From: Anaerolinea sp.
Lineage (GTDB): Bacteria > Chloroflexota > Anaerolineae > Anaerolineales > UBA4823
Direction: 5' to 3'
Assembly (NCBI GenBank): GCA_020722415.1
Contig: DYKV01000004.1
Location: 1 to 49,381 of the forward strand
Length of the DNA stretch: 49,381 nucleotides
The stretch's first letter is position 1. Each line of letters opens with the position of its first letter. Positions 15,923-25,557 of the stretch are shown in pieces. Under the pieces are notes generated by a model that was not told where the DNA came from, searched no databases, and saw only the letters and a list, made by a program, of their open reading frames with translations. Both the position numbers and the translations under genes were made by a program.

Positions 15923-16996
15923 ATGCTGTTATCAGAACTAAAGCAGATAAAATTTGATATTTACGATTACCCAGATGGTAGTGACAAAAACGCTATTTCG
16001 GAAAAAGTAGCTACTGGCCATAAGCTGTCTAAGTTAGATGTAGACTTGCTAGATGACAGCGACTTTGCGTTAGTAATCAAAGAAGGTCGTGAGAAGCTGA
16101 GGAAGTTCCCACTATGCGATGCTAAAACGGCCAGCGTCAGTGCTTTATTTCTAAAAGCCTGTGAAAAAGATATTCCGGATACGTTATATAAATTAGCTGA
16201 AAGAAACATAGCGGCTTTTTTAAAAAATAAAAAAATCGCAAACAATGAGATAAGCACCAAAGAGCTGTTTGCGGCTGAACGAGCTAAGAGTGTGCAGACT
16301 AAAATTGCCAGTCGGGATAAGTTGGCCGACTGTGATTTTGCCCTGGTCATAAGCACTAACGATGTAAAAACTCGACTGTATCCTATTAATAATGAGCACA
16401 ATGCTAAACTGGCATCTGAGTATTTCTCCAAAAACAAAGAGACTATCCCGGTTCATCTAAGACATGAGTTTGCCAAAGCCCTAGTCACTAAATGTGCGGC
16501 TGAGGGGTTTGATACCAGCATTATCACGTCGGACATCAGAGCCTACTGCAATAATAAAGTCAATCCTAATTTTGACCTGGAGATAGTTTGCCGAAAAGAA
16601 AAAGTTGGCTCGGCCAAAGTCAAAGAAGCACTAGATACTTTGCTGAGTGCGAGTAAAAACACTAATCTAATTAAGATTGCCAATTTGCTACATAAGCTGG
16701 ATAAGCAGGCCGGGCTGGACAAATATTACGGCAAATCTTTCTCTGATTCGTATAAAGCTGTGTTTTCCGAAGGCATTAATTTGGAAAAAACCGCCACTGT
16801 ATCTATTGTTGGCGAATATGACATAGATCCGCAGACTTTATCTGCGATACCGTATTCTGATCGAATGCAGCAGTTGTTTTCTCAGGAAGACTTTCAAAAC
16901 ATAATCTCAGACCCAGCAGCATACCAGGCACTCCCTGCGCCATATAAGCAGGCTATGGTCCAGGAAGCTCGGAAGTTAAATTCTCCTGAAAAGTAA
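15923..16996 (+). CDS. Hypothetical head-module-like protein with an internal duplication
   Basis: ATG at 15923 with RBS AAGGAG. Duplicated DSDFALVIKEGREKLRKFPL / DCDFALVISTNDVKTRLYPI motif, like the DFAxV..R.xPI motif seen near phage head/scaffold genes. Confidence 0.6.
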   Translation: MLLSELKQIKFDIYDYPDGSDKNAISEKVATGHKLSKLDVDLLDDSDFALVIKEGREKLRKFPLCDAKTASVSALFLKACEKDIPDTLYKLAERNIAAFLKNKKIANNEISTKELFAAERAKSVQTKIASRDKLADCDFALVISTNDVKTRLYPINNEHNAKLASEYFSKNKETIPVHLRHEFAKALVTKCAAEGFDTSIITSDIRAYCNNKVNPNFDLEIVCRKEKVGSAKVKEALDTLLSASKNTNLIKIANLLHKLDKQAGLDKYYGKSFSDSYKAVFSEGINLEKTATVSIVGEYDIDPQTLSAIPYSDRMQQLFSQEDFQNIISDPAAYQALPAPYKQAMVQEARKLNSPEK

Positions 16997-17058
16997 TGCA
17001 AGCCCGGCAAAAAAATGCTAGTATAGGCTTGTTGAGTTAAAAAATTCAGGAGAAAGAC

Positions 17059-18174
17059 ATGCAGATTACTAACCCGGTCGTTTTAGAAAGAGTTCTTAGC
17101 GCATTATTCAAAGATAAGTATATTGCGTGGCTGCCAGAGACGCTCGAAATAGAACTGCTTAAGCTTAAACACCCAGTTCTGAGCAGATATGGCAAAGATG
17201 CTATTATAACTAACATGATTGACGCTATCAGAGCTCTCAAGTCTGACAAAAGCTACGCCTTGGACGAGTGGCATATCTTAGAAAAGGTAATTGCTGCACT
17301 GACTGGGAAAGCTGTTTTATTTTTTGATGCACAGCCCCCGGCCAGCTTCCATGAAGTTTTTTTAGCTGTAGAAATTATTAAAAAATTACTAAACACAGAC
17401 AGTCCGAACTTTTCAGAGGAAACAAGGCTATACCTGGGCCTCATATTGCTGGATCTGGGCGTTTTCTCCTTCCCGTTCGAGCCATATAAAAGCTATATAA
17501 AACTGGCAGTAGAGCACCATGTAAAGACACCAGACGGCGAGCAGTTAGTAAAAGACTTTGAAGCAAAGATGTCTGGCATACTAAAAAAGCCAGAGTTCCT
17601 TGGACAGCTCATGGAAGAAATTGAAAAAAATCCCGAAACTGACTTGCTTAAGAATTTAAACTCTGTGGCGCTATTTAATGCAATTACATCACTGTGTTCC
17701 TACTTATTTATAAAGGCCGACCTGGACCAAGATATTCCAGCATCAGAGGCATTAAGTGATACATCCACACCCCTTGCGAACCCAGAGCCGGAATTAGCAC
17801 AAACACCTGAGAGTGAAAATCTATCACCGGAGATTATTCAAGAAGTGTTCAGTCTAATAGAGACACTTAACAATGGTGAGAGTGTGAAAATAGCTGCGCG
17901 CAGGATACGAGCAGTCAGTGACATGCCTAGGACTGGGACGTATATAATTAATCCTGACCCGGATGCATTTAATAACGACCATATATACGAAGCAGGCGGG
18001 GCGATACCTGCAGGCACTCGTGGGTCTCTTGTGGAGAACACTGCCGATAAAGATTTAGGGGATTTTTTTCAGGGTGGCAGTACTGTTAGTCAAGGTTTAG
18101 ACGCTAAAAAAGTAGTAGATAAATTTAAAACCGACGACCCGATCGCGAAGCTTTTCGCGGAGTTAGATTTCTAA
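17059..18174 (+). CDS. Hypothetical protein (acidic, helical)
   Basis: 371-aa ORF with RBS AGGAG. Confidence 0.6.
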   Translation: MQITNPVVLERVLSALFKDKYIAWLPETLEIELLKLKHPVLSRYGKDAIITNMIDAIRALKSDKSYALDEWHILEKVIAALTGKAVLFFDAQPPASFHEVFLAVEIIKKLLNTDSPNFSEETRLYLGLILLDLGVFSFPFEPYKSYIKLAVEHHVKTPDGEQLVKDFEAKMSGILKKPEFLGQLMEEIEKNPETDLLKNLNSVALFNAITSLCSYLFIKADLDQDIPASEALSDTSTPLANPEPELAQTPESENLSPEIIQEVFSLIETLNNGESVKIAARRIRAVSDMPRTGTYIINPDPDAFNNDHIYEAGGAIPAGTRGSLVENTADKDLGDFFQGGSTVSQGLDAKKVVDKFKTDDPIAKLFAELDF

Positions 18175-18193
18175 GTAATCTGGAGCGATTCAC

Positions 18194-20251
18194 ATGAGTT
18201 TACTCAACGCTAGAGGCACAGAAGTAGTTACATATCCATCAACGTTCTTTGACCTGGCCACCAGCTCTATGCCAGATAACTTAGATGAACTTATGGAATG
18301 GTGTGTTTACTATTACTTAGCCACGCCGCTGATACCTGCAGTAATTAACAAACTAAGTACCTACCCAATTACAGATACTATTATTGAAAGTAAAGACAGC
18401 AGTAATAAAGAAAAGTGGGATGGGTTCTTAAACCAGCGTCTGAACGTAAAGTACAAAATGTTCGAAAATAACTTGGATTATTTTTTATTAGGCGCGGCCT
18501 ACACGGGCATTTACATTCCATTCAAGCGTATGCTGGCGTGCACTGAGTGCGGGACGGTAGTTCCTATGAATGGTGCTGAGTGGAAAGCTTACTTTAGAAA
18601 GAAAAATAAAAACGCCAGGAATAATCTGCCGGAGATAAGCTTATTCTGCGAGATCTGTAAAAAGACTGTCAGCGCCAACATACAGGATAATGCCATTCAA
18701 GATTGGGGTCGTGTAAACATAGTTAGATACTCTCCTAAAGATATCAAGCCTCTGAGAGACCCGATTTCCGGGAAAAGTAAGTACTTATGGACTGTGCCCC
18801 AAAAATACGTTCAGATAATTAAATCTGGTAGGCACCCAGATTTGTTTGAAGCATGCCCGACAGAGATATTAGAAGCGATAAACACTGACTGTAAAGTCTT
18901 ACTGTCAGATAAAAATGTCTACGAAATGAAGCGACCCACCATATCTGGGCAAAACGAAGACAGGGGCACACCATTAGTCATACATGCCCTGAAATGGACT
19001 TATTATTTAAGTCAGCTTCAAAAAGCACAAGAAGCCATCGCCCACGAAAAGATAATACCGTTTGATGTGCTCTTCCCAGCGTCAGCTAACGGAACATCTG
19101 CAGCCCCTTCCCAAACTATAGGTATGGCCGGCTTTACAAATAAATTGATGGAAAATTTAGAAAAGCACAGGAAAGACCCTGGGCACAAAGCCGTCATGCC
19201 CGTCCCCGTTGGGACAGTCAGACTTGGCGGTGATGGGCGGGCGTTAATGCTGGCGGCCGAAATAGACTGGGTTTCCAAACAAATCATTGCGTCTATGGGC
19301 GTTCCTATCGAGTTCGTGTATGGCGGCCTGACTTGGACCGGATCTAGCATAACTCTTAGAATGCTGGAAAATTCCATGATTGGAATTAGAGACAACACTG
19401 GGCTCTGGCTGCAGTGGGTCGTAGACAAAATAGCATCAGCCTTTAACATCGATAGTCCTAAAGTAAGGATGGCTGACTTAAAAATGGCCGATGATATTCA
19501 GCGCCAGCAAATCTTAATGAATTTAGAAGCTACTGAGCGCATATCACGCAGCAGTCTTCTCGATGAATTTGACATAGATTTCCAGCGAGAAGGGGAAAAA
19601 ATACTTGGCGAAGCGGACATGAAGGCTAAGTTAATGATTGCTGCGGCACTATCAAACGCAAGAGCTAGTGGCACCGCGGCGATGGTTCAAAACGACTTTA
19701 TGATGCGAAGTCAGCTAACGCAGCAAGCTCAAAGCGGAGCTGCTGGTATAGACCCAGCAACTGGGTACCCTACAGACCAGAATGGAGTCCCGATAGATCC
19801 AAACACTGGCTTCCCAATAGATCCGGCAATCGGCCTCCCCATGAATCCTCAGACTGGGGAGTATATAAACCCGGAAACCGGAGAAGAGATGAAGCCTGAC
19901 GAAGCTCAGCAGTACGTCATGGCCATGAATCAACAGCAGGGCCAGCAGCAAAATACTGCCAACGCGCCGACCGAGGGGAATCAGGGCGTTCCTGGCGGAG
20001 CCGTAGACAACGCAATATACTCTCAACAAGAACAGAGAGAAGACGCCACGGCCACTGCGGCACAGCAAGCTGGTCGTTATAATTTAGCACCGCCCAATGT
20101 CAAAGCAACTGTAACTAATTTGGCCAAGAGCCTGTTGACAGCAGATATATTCACAAGAACATCTGTGCTGCAAAACTTGCGCGCCAAAAGTCCTGCGCTG
20201 GAGAGCATGGTTAATGAACGAATTGCCATGCTGTCTCAAGGAGTAATGTAA
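18194..20251 (+). CDS. Putative portal protein with an inserted zinc ribbon and a Pro/Gln-rich C-terminal tail
   Basis: 685 aa with RBS GGAG. The N-terminal FFDLATSSMP.NLDELMEWCVYYY...INKLSTYPITD and mid-region G(T)PL..ALKWTYYLSQLQKAQEAI resemble portal/connector patterns I recall. CTECG..CEICK insertion. The call is tentative. Confidence 0.5.
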   Translation: MSLLNARGTEVVTYPSTFFDLATSSMPDNLDELMEWCVYYYLATPLIPAVINKLSTYPITDTIIESKDSSNKEKWDGFLNQRLNVKYKMFENNLDYFLLGAAYTGIYIPFKRMLACTECGTVVPMNGAEWKAYFRKKNKNARNNLPEISLFCEICKKTVSANIQDNAIQDWGRVNIVRYSPKDIKPLRDPISGKSKYLWTVPQKYVQIIKSGRHPDLFEACPTEILEAINTDCKVLLSDKNVYEMKRPTISGQNEDRGTPLVIHALKWTYYLSQLQKAQEAIAHEKIIPFDVLFPASANGTSAAPSQTIGMAGFTNKLMENLEKHRKDPGHKAVMPVPVGTVRLGGDGRALMLAAEIDWVSKQIIASMGVPIEFVYGGLTWTGSSITLRMLENSMIGIRDNTGLWLQWVVDKIASAFNIDSPKVRMADLKMADDIQRQQILMNLEATERISRSSLLDEFDIDFQREGEKILGEADMKAKLMIAAALSNARASGTAAMVQNDFMMRSQLTQQAQSGAAGIDPATGYPTDQNGVPIDPNTGFPIDPAIGLPMNPQTGEYINPETGEEMKPDEAQQYVMAMNQQQGQQQNTANAPTEGNQGVPGGAVDNAIYSQQEQREDATATAAQQAGRYNLAPPNVKATVTNLAKSLLTADIFTRTSVLQNLRAKSPALESMVNERIAMLSQGVM

Positions 20252-20365
20252 TGGATAGCAACTGCATAAATATTAAGCTACTCAGCGTGACAAAAGTAGG
20301 TGAAGAGCCTATAATAAAATTAGTTTCCGTGGCCAGGGTCTGTAAGCACATCTGGGAGCCAGATT

Positions 20366-20707
20366 ATGATGAATAATAAAAACAAGCCGGACAAAGTTCA
20401 GGTGCATTTGGTTACTTATGACTCGTCTAGAGATGAAAGTCCTGCAAGATTTGAACAAGTAATGAGTGTAATCGCCTCTGACCCAGATAGATATGAGATT
20501 ATCTCAATGGATAAGACTATCACACAGGCAGGTGTCTATGTCTGTGCAGTGCTTTATAAAGAGATGCCCGAGCCCTACGAAGAAGAATTTGAAGTCACTA
20601 TCCCAGATGAGTTAGACGATATCAAAGACCTGAAGCCAGACGCTGACCTAAAACCAAAATCTAGAGCCAAGAGTCAGAAACAGATTTCAGATCTAGAGGG
20701 AATATAA
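20366..20707 (+). CDS. Hypothetical acidic protein
   Basis: 113-aa ORF with RBS GGGAG. Confidence 0.55.
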   Translation: MMNNKNKPDKVQVHLVTYDSSRDESPARFEQVMSVIASDPDRYEIISMDKTITQAGVYVCAVLYKEMPEPYEEEFEVTIPDELDDIKDLKPDADLKPKSRAKSQKQISDLEGI

Positions 20708-23494
20708 ATGACAGCTATTTACATAAACAGCATTTCTGGTTCGGATTACCTTGGTTCCGGGACTAGCTCCAGTCCATATAAAACCATCAGCAAGGCTGTA
20801 GAAATTTCGATCCCGGGTGACGTATTAGTTGTGACCGGGGCTGACGGACATATTCATGAAGAACCAGATACTGTTTTATTAAAAGACAAGCTGAATCTAA
20901 AGCTCCAGATAGAGCCACTAAGACACATTACTATCAGGCCGTTAGTGACTAGTGGGAACGCGATTTTTAAGATCGAGACGTGCAGTAATATTGAGATTAT
21001 GGGCTTTGTTTTTACAAATGCTCCTGGAGCACACAGCACGGCAAACGCCGTGTCTGTAAAAGACTCTAGTAACATTAAAATAATTGGCTGTGAGGTATCT
21101 GACGCCTGGAAATGCGGGGATGTACCGGCGTCCGAGATGTTTAAATGTGACAATTCTTCAGTAGAACTCACAGGGAATTTCTGCAATTATATTGAGAACA
21201 GCTACCCAACGGTGAATAACCCAAACAATTATTTTGCGTTTATCTCCCTGTCTGGGAATGGTGATTATGTAATTAAAAACTCAGCAATAAAAAACGTGCA
21301 CTCGAACAGCGGCTACTCTTACGGAGTTAAAATAGCCCCAGATTGCCGAAAAGTACTTTTGGATGATTTTGCCGCAGATGCGTTTATTCCTGCACATGTA
21401 GACTACAAAGATAAGATGATCGGAGTTTACATAGAGTCTGATAACTCAGCCGTAGAATTCGCTCTTACCAACTTAGAGCTTAATAACTTAGGCTACGGCA
21501 TACTATTGCATAACGCTATAAATAACAGTAAGAGTTTTATTAAAAAGGCAAAAATTACGAACTGTATGTTTGCGGGCATTAAGGCCGAGCATAACAGCAT
21601 ACTCTCGTCAGTTCGTGGTCTTACTATCGCAACATGCGGGCATGGAATTCACGTATCAAACTCCTCAGCACTGAGTGTATACAACACAATTGTGTTTAAA
21701 TGCAACACAGCACTAAGATGCGAAATAGATTCTGGACTAAAGCTGCTATACTGCGTTTACTACAAAAACACTCAAAATAAATTTGAAAATAATCGCGGGA
21801 TAATTAACACTTCGCAGTTCGTAAGAAATATAGATCCCAGATTTGTCAACGAAGAACTTGAGAACTATAATCTAACTGATTACAGTCCCTGCGTGGACAC
21901 TGGGAAGTATTTTGCCGGAGATGCGTTTTTAGGTAATGGGCCGGATATTGGATACTATGAAAAAAGCGCACTCGTAACCGAAGATGAGCTGCCTTCTCTG
22001 CTTGCCCGAGCAACCCGAAGAAGTGAGTTAGTTCCACTAACCGAGATTGACATTATAGGTGTAATTTCTAAAGGCATAGAGACTTCAGACGGCAGAATCA
22101 CTGCCAGTCGAGAAGGGTCTGCCATAAGGGATGTTGCTGTTAAGCCTTTAGACTTGCTAATATCCCCGTATCATACGGAGCTAGAGCTAATTCGTGATAG
22201 ACTATCTTTTTCCAAAATAGAAAAGCTATCCGAAGAAGATGCTGATCTGCTTGCTGCAAATGTTTTCGTAGACAGAGATTACGGACAATTGGCTTCTGGA
22301 ATCTTAAGAGTATATTTCTCAGAGCCAACTGATGCGATTTTGTATTCAGAGCATGAATTCAAATCCAACGAGGGATATGTATTTTATACCCGGGCGACTA
22401 TCGCCATTACTAAAGATGAGATGGCACTAAACTATGATAACGGCACTTATTATCTAGATGCCATCATCGACGGAGCCGTAGCTAGCGAAAGTTTTAACCT
22501 GCCGGCCTTCTCGATTAAAACCAGTACGATGCCGATGCCTCCGGGGACGCTAAGCTTCACAAATCCTTACGAGATTACTGGCGGTATTGGGGCCGAAACT
22601 AACTATGAGCTCAAGCAGAAGTGCAGATATGGCATTTCGGTCCGAGACATAGTAACTAAAAAGGGCGCCCGAGCGATAATGCCCGAACTTTTCCCGTTTA
22701 TCACGGACATGCGCGTCATAGGCTACCGGGACCCTGAAATGGAAAGAGACTATATAAAGCTCATAGATGACCATATCGGGGGCAAGACAGACATTTATAT
22801 TAAGACTCGCAACCCAGTAATTGACAGTAAAATAATCTACCCTGAATCGCGTGATTTTGTAATTCAAGATTACACATTCTCAGGCTTCGTGCCCATATTA
22901 AAAATAATCTCAATCGAAATCTTAGAACCAATCACCGAAATTCCGACAGGCGTATTTTTGGAACCTAACGTGCAATACAGGCTTCTGAGTGTAGATAGCT
23001 TGACTAGGTTCTCGGTAGATGAACTTTTAATATTAAGCTTTTCTGAGCAGGTCGTGGCAGATTATATCCCGGCAACGCCGTTTAAGATTAACTTCGAATG
23101 GGTGCCTGAAATGAAGACACTGCAAAGTGTCATCGATGGTGACGACGAGAGAACCGTTGTCGCAAGTATCATGGCTAAGTGCATGGAGCCCGTGTATGTA
23201 AGCTTGGGGATTAGCTATTTGGCCGAATATGAAATAGAAGACCTGCAAAGTGCAATCAAAGGTTTTATAACAGGCCTTCCCAACGGAAAAGAGCTGCAAG
23301 TATCCGACATTATAAACTTAGCTTACAGCCTCGGCGCTCATAAAGTTTTACAGCCAATGGAGCTCTCAATAGAGCATCATGATAGATACGGGAACGTCAC
23401 TGTTACGAATTCTCCAGATGGTGTCATGATACCTAGAATAGCTACATTTTGGCCTGGCGAGATCACTACTACCTATTTGGGCCGGGAGATATAA
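20708..23494 (+). CDS. Fusion of a right-handed beta-helix (DUF1565/pectate-lyase-like) domain with a baseplate J-like protein
   Basis: N-terminus IYINSISGSD..GTSSSPYKTISKAVEISIPGDVLVV plus PbH1-like repeats (NIEIMGFVF, NIKIIGCEV, ITNCMFAGI, LTIATCGHGIHV). The C-terminal half (GSAIRDVAVKPL.. TGGIGAETNYELKQKCRYG.. GGKTDIYIKT) is collinear with Baseplate_J. Confidence 0.7.
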   Translation: MTAIYINSISGSDYLGSGTSSSPYKTISKAVEISIPGDVLVVTGADGHIHEEPDTVLLKDKLNLKLQIEPLRHITIRPLVTSGNAIFKIETCSNIEIMGFVFTNAPGAHSTANAVSVKDSSNIKIIGCEVSDAWKCGDVPASEMFKCDNSSVELTGNFCNYIENSYPTVNNPNNYFAFISLSGNGDYVIKNSAIKNVHSNSGYSYGVKIAPDCRKVLLDDFAADAFIPAHVDYKDKMIGVYIESDNSAVEFALTNLELNNLGYGILLHNAINNSKSFIKKAKITNCMFAGIKAEHNSILSSVRGLTIATCGHGIHVSNSSALSVYNTIVFKCNTALRCEIDSGLKLLYCVYYKNTQNKFENNRGIINTSQFVRNIDPRFVNEELENYNLTDYSPCVDTGKYFAGDAFLGNGPDIGYYEKSALVTEDELPSLLARATRRSELVPLTEIDIIGVISKGIETSDGRITASREGSAIRDVAVKPLDLLISPYHTELELIRDRLSFSKIEKLSEEDADLLAANVFVDRDYGQLASGILRVYFSEPTDAILYSEHEFKSNEGYVFYTRATIAITKDEMALNYDNGTYYLDAIIDGAVASESFNLPAFSIKTSTMPMPPGTLSFTNPYEITGGIGAETNYELKQKCRYGISVRDIVTKKGARAIMPELFPFITDMRVIGYRDPEMERDYIKLIDDHIGGKTDIYIKTRNPVIDSKIIYPESRDFVIQDYTFSGFVPILKIISIEILEPITEIPTGVFLEPNVQYRLLSVDSLTRFSVDELLILSFSEQVVADYIPATPFKINFEWVPEMKTLQSVIDGDDERTVVASIMAKCMEPVYVSLGISYLAEYEIEDLQSAIKGFITGLPNGKELQVSDIINLAYSLGAHKVLQPMELSIEHHDRYGNVTVTNSPDGVMIPRIATFWPGEITTTYLGREI

Positions 23495-23498
23495 AATT

Positions 23499-24773
23499 AT
23501 GCCAGAATTCATGATGGGACCAGAACTGGACAGTGCTGTCGATGCGTTAACCCAACAGAAACAAAAAATAACAGCTAAAAATCTAGGTAGCATAGTTCCT
23601 GGAGGCCTGACACAGATTCGAGAAATTTTATCAGGACCAATTATGTCTAACCCGGCTTTAGATGTCGTCGGCGGAGTTGGTCAGTATAAAATACCACAAA
23701 GATTTTTGGGGGCACTTGCTGGGGGCATGTTTCTTGGAGATCAAGAGCAGCCGATAAGTACAGGGGGCGCCATTGGCGGATACGCTCTAAGTGCCTTGTT
23801 AGATGAGGCTATTCGAGAGGCGAGAAAGAGTAAGCTAGATCGAGGGTTCGATGTTCTTAAAAATAGCGGAACTTTAATAGATGCTGACGAAAATACTTTT
23901 ATAAAATTGCTAGACCAAGTTAAGGCAGAAGCCAAGAACAAAAACTTAAAGAATATTCTGGTCAAAGACCAGGCTTTGGACATTTTATCCAAATATATTC
24001 CCGGGGCTACGGTGCCAGAAGCTTTGTCAGATATGTCCCATAATTCTGGACGTGAGATTATCCAATCATACTATACCGGCAATATGCTCGATGACGCCGC
24101 CATAAATGCTGTTAAAAATAAAGTAAAGAAGTTGCCGGCTGGCATGCCTGAATTCCCCGGCTTTGACCCGGAGACCTTTAAACAAAACATGATGAATCGT
24201 GTATCTTACATGGATAGCCTCAAGACAGACTTCGCTAACCTAGGGCTGACTAGAGATAGTCTACTTTCCACAGGCTACGATAAGTCCATTAAGGGCCATG
24301 AACTATACGAATTATTAGAGAGTATGGATGAGACTAGACTGCCTATGTCTGGCGGAGAATTCAGCCGAACTGGTAAGAACATAGCCGGCATCAGCGGCGT
24401 GTCTGCCAACCACAACAGTCCTGCTGTTTTACTGGGAGAATCTAATTTAAATGCCAGGATCCTAGGTCCCGAAGGTGCCAGGCTATCTGAGACTGTTAGA
24501 AACAACACGGGTGAGCGGGCACTATTTAATAATTTAATGAATTTAGACCTAGACAACGTAGTCCTCACTGAGGGTAAAATATCAGACATGTCGGATGACA
24601 TAGCGAAGGCCGTTGGTGCTTTGAAAATAAATAAAGTTCCTCCCAAAGAACTGCTTGACAAAATAAAAATAAATAAGCTAGTATCTATACTTGGCAGTGC
24701 CGGCCGATCGGTGTCTAACTTTGAGCATAATTTGGTCAATGCACTAAAAGGCCTGGCCAGAAAAATAAGATAA
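23499..24773 (+). CDS. Hypothetical structural-module protein
   Basis: 424-aa ORF with RBS GGGAG. Confidence 0.6.
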   Translation: MPEFMMGPELDSAVDALTQQKQKITAKNLGSIVPGGLTQIREILSGPIMSNPALDVVGGVGQYKIPQRFLGALAGGMFLGDQEQPISTGGAIGGYALSALLDEAIREARKSKLDRGFDVLKNSGTLIDADENTFIKLLDQVKAEAKNKNLKNILVKDQALDILSKYIPGATVPEALSDMSHNSGREIIQSYYTGNMLDDAAINAVKNKVKKLPAGMPEFPGFDPETFKQNMMNRVSYMDSLKTDFANLGLTRDSLLSTGYDKSIKGHELYELLESMDETRLPMSGGEFSRTGKNIAGISGVSANHNSPAVLLGESNLNARILGPEGARLSETVRNNTGERALFNNLMNLDLDNVVLTEGKISDMSDDIAKAVGALKINKVPPKELLDKIKINKLVSILGSAGRSVSNFEHNLVNALKGLARKIR

Positions 24774-24793
24774 CTGGGAGAAGAAAAAAAATT

Positions 24794-25246
24794 ATGATTA
24801 TGGCATCAAATGGCTTTAAGACTTTCGTTTTTGAAAAAATTCCGGGACCGAGCTTGCATGTGGGTAACTATGCGAGCTGCGGGCCAATATCAGGCATATG
24901 TCTAGAAGTTATTACGTACCCATTAGCGGAAGGTCAGGGGACTGGGACGGCCCTGATTAACACTGCCAGTTCCGCTGAAGCTAACAGTAAGCGCCCGGCC
25001 CTAGTGTCGATGGATTTGTCTCACAGTGGGTTCCTCTGGGTAAAAGACGTAGCGTCGGACTCTGAGTTATTTAAGAAAGTTATGGAAATAAGCACTACTA
25101 AGGCTACAGACGAACCTCTCCCCCAAATGCCGCTTGAGGCGGATCCAGACAGCAAGCCCGCAGTCAACCCTAAAAAAATTGAAAATATCAAAAAGCTGTT
25201 ACAAGAGCTTAGCCCAGAAGAAATGAAAGCGCTGACTAACAAATGA
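24794..25246 (+). CDS. Hypothetical protein
   Basis: 150-aa ORF with RBS GGGAGAAG. ATGA overlap with the PAAR gene. Confidence 0.6.
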   Translation: MIMASNGFKTFVFEKIPGPSLHVGNYASCGPISGICLEVITYPLAEGQGTGTALINTASSAEANSKRPALVSMDLSHSGFLWVKDVASDSELFKKVMEISTTKATDEPLPQMPLEADPDSKPAVNPKKIENIKKLLQELSPEEMKALTNK

Positions 25247-25557
25247 CTTTGCCGATAACAAGAGTGGGGGACTTATCAGCGGGAGTGTGCTCTGTGGGAG
25301 CGCCTTGCTGCCCTCACGCTTGGGTAAGCGTTCACGTAGCTGGATCTCCAAACGTCTTTACTAATGACAGGCAAACTATGCGCATAGGTGACATAGGAAT
25401 AAGTACTTGTCCCCACTGTGTTATTTCTTACGCAGTCTCAGGCAGTTCATTTAACTTCGCCAACGATAAAAAAATACACAGACTGACAGACACACACATA
25501 GTCCCCTGTGGTCCAGGGGCGTGCATATCTGCCAGTCCGAATACTTACTCAGAATAA
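25243..25557 (+). CDS. PAAR-domain spike-tip protein
   Basis: 104 aa. VGDLSAG..C..H...GSPNVFTNDRQTMRIGD..C.HC... matches PAAR repeat architecture with Cys/His metal ligands. Confidence 0.8.
   Translation: MTLPITRVGDLSAGVCSVGAPCCPHAWVSVHVAGSPNVFTNDRQTMRIGDIGISTCPHCVISYAVSGSSFNFANDKKIHRLTDTHIVPCGPGACISASPNTYSE

Noticed and set aside
20251-20376. A 41-codon ORF (MDSNCINIKLLSVTKVGEEPIIKLVSVARVCKHIWEPDYDE) that starts in a TAATG overlap with the putative portal stop.
   Set aside because: It has no RBS of its own. It overlaps the start and RBS of the next gene, and its composition is unremarkable. It cannot be supported from sequence alone.
24860-24868. A fifth exact copy of the iteron core, GTGGGTAAC.
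   Set aside because: It lies inside a coding sequence far from the other four. One chance occurrence of a 9-mer in about 99 kb of two-strand sequence is not surprising.
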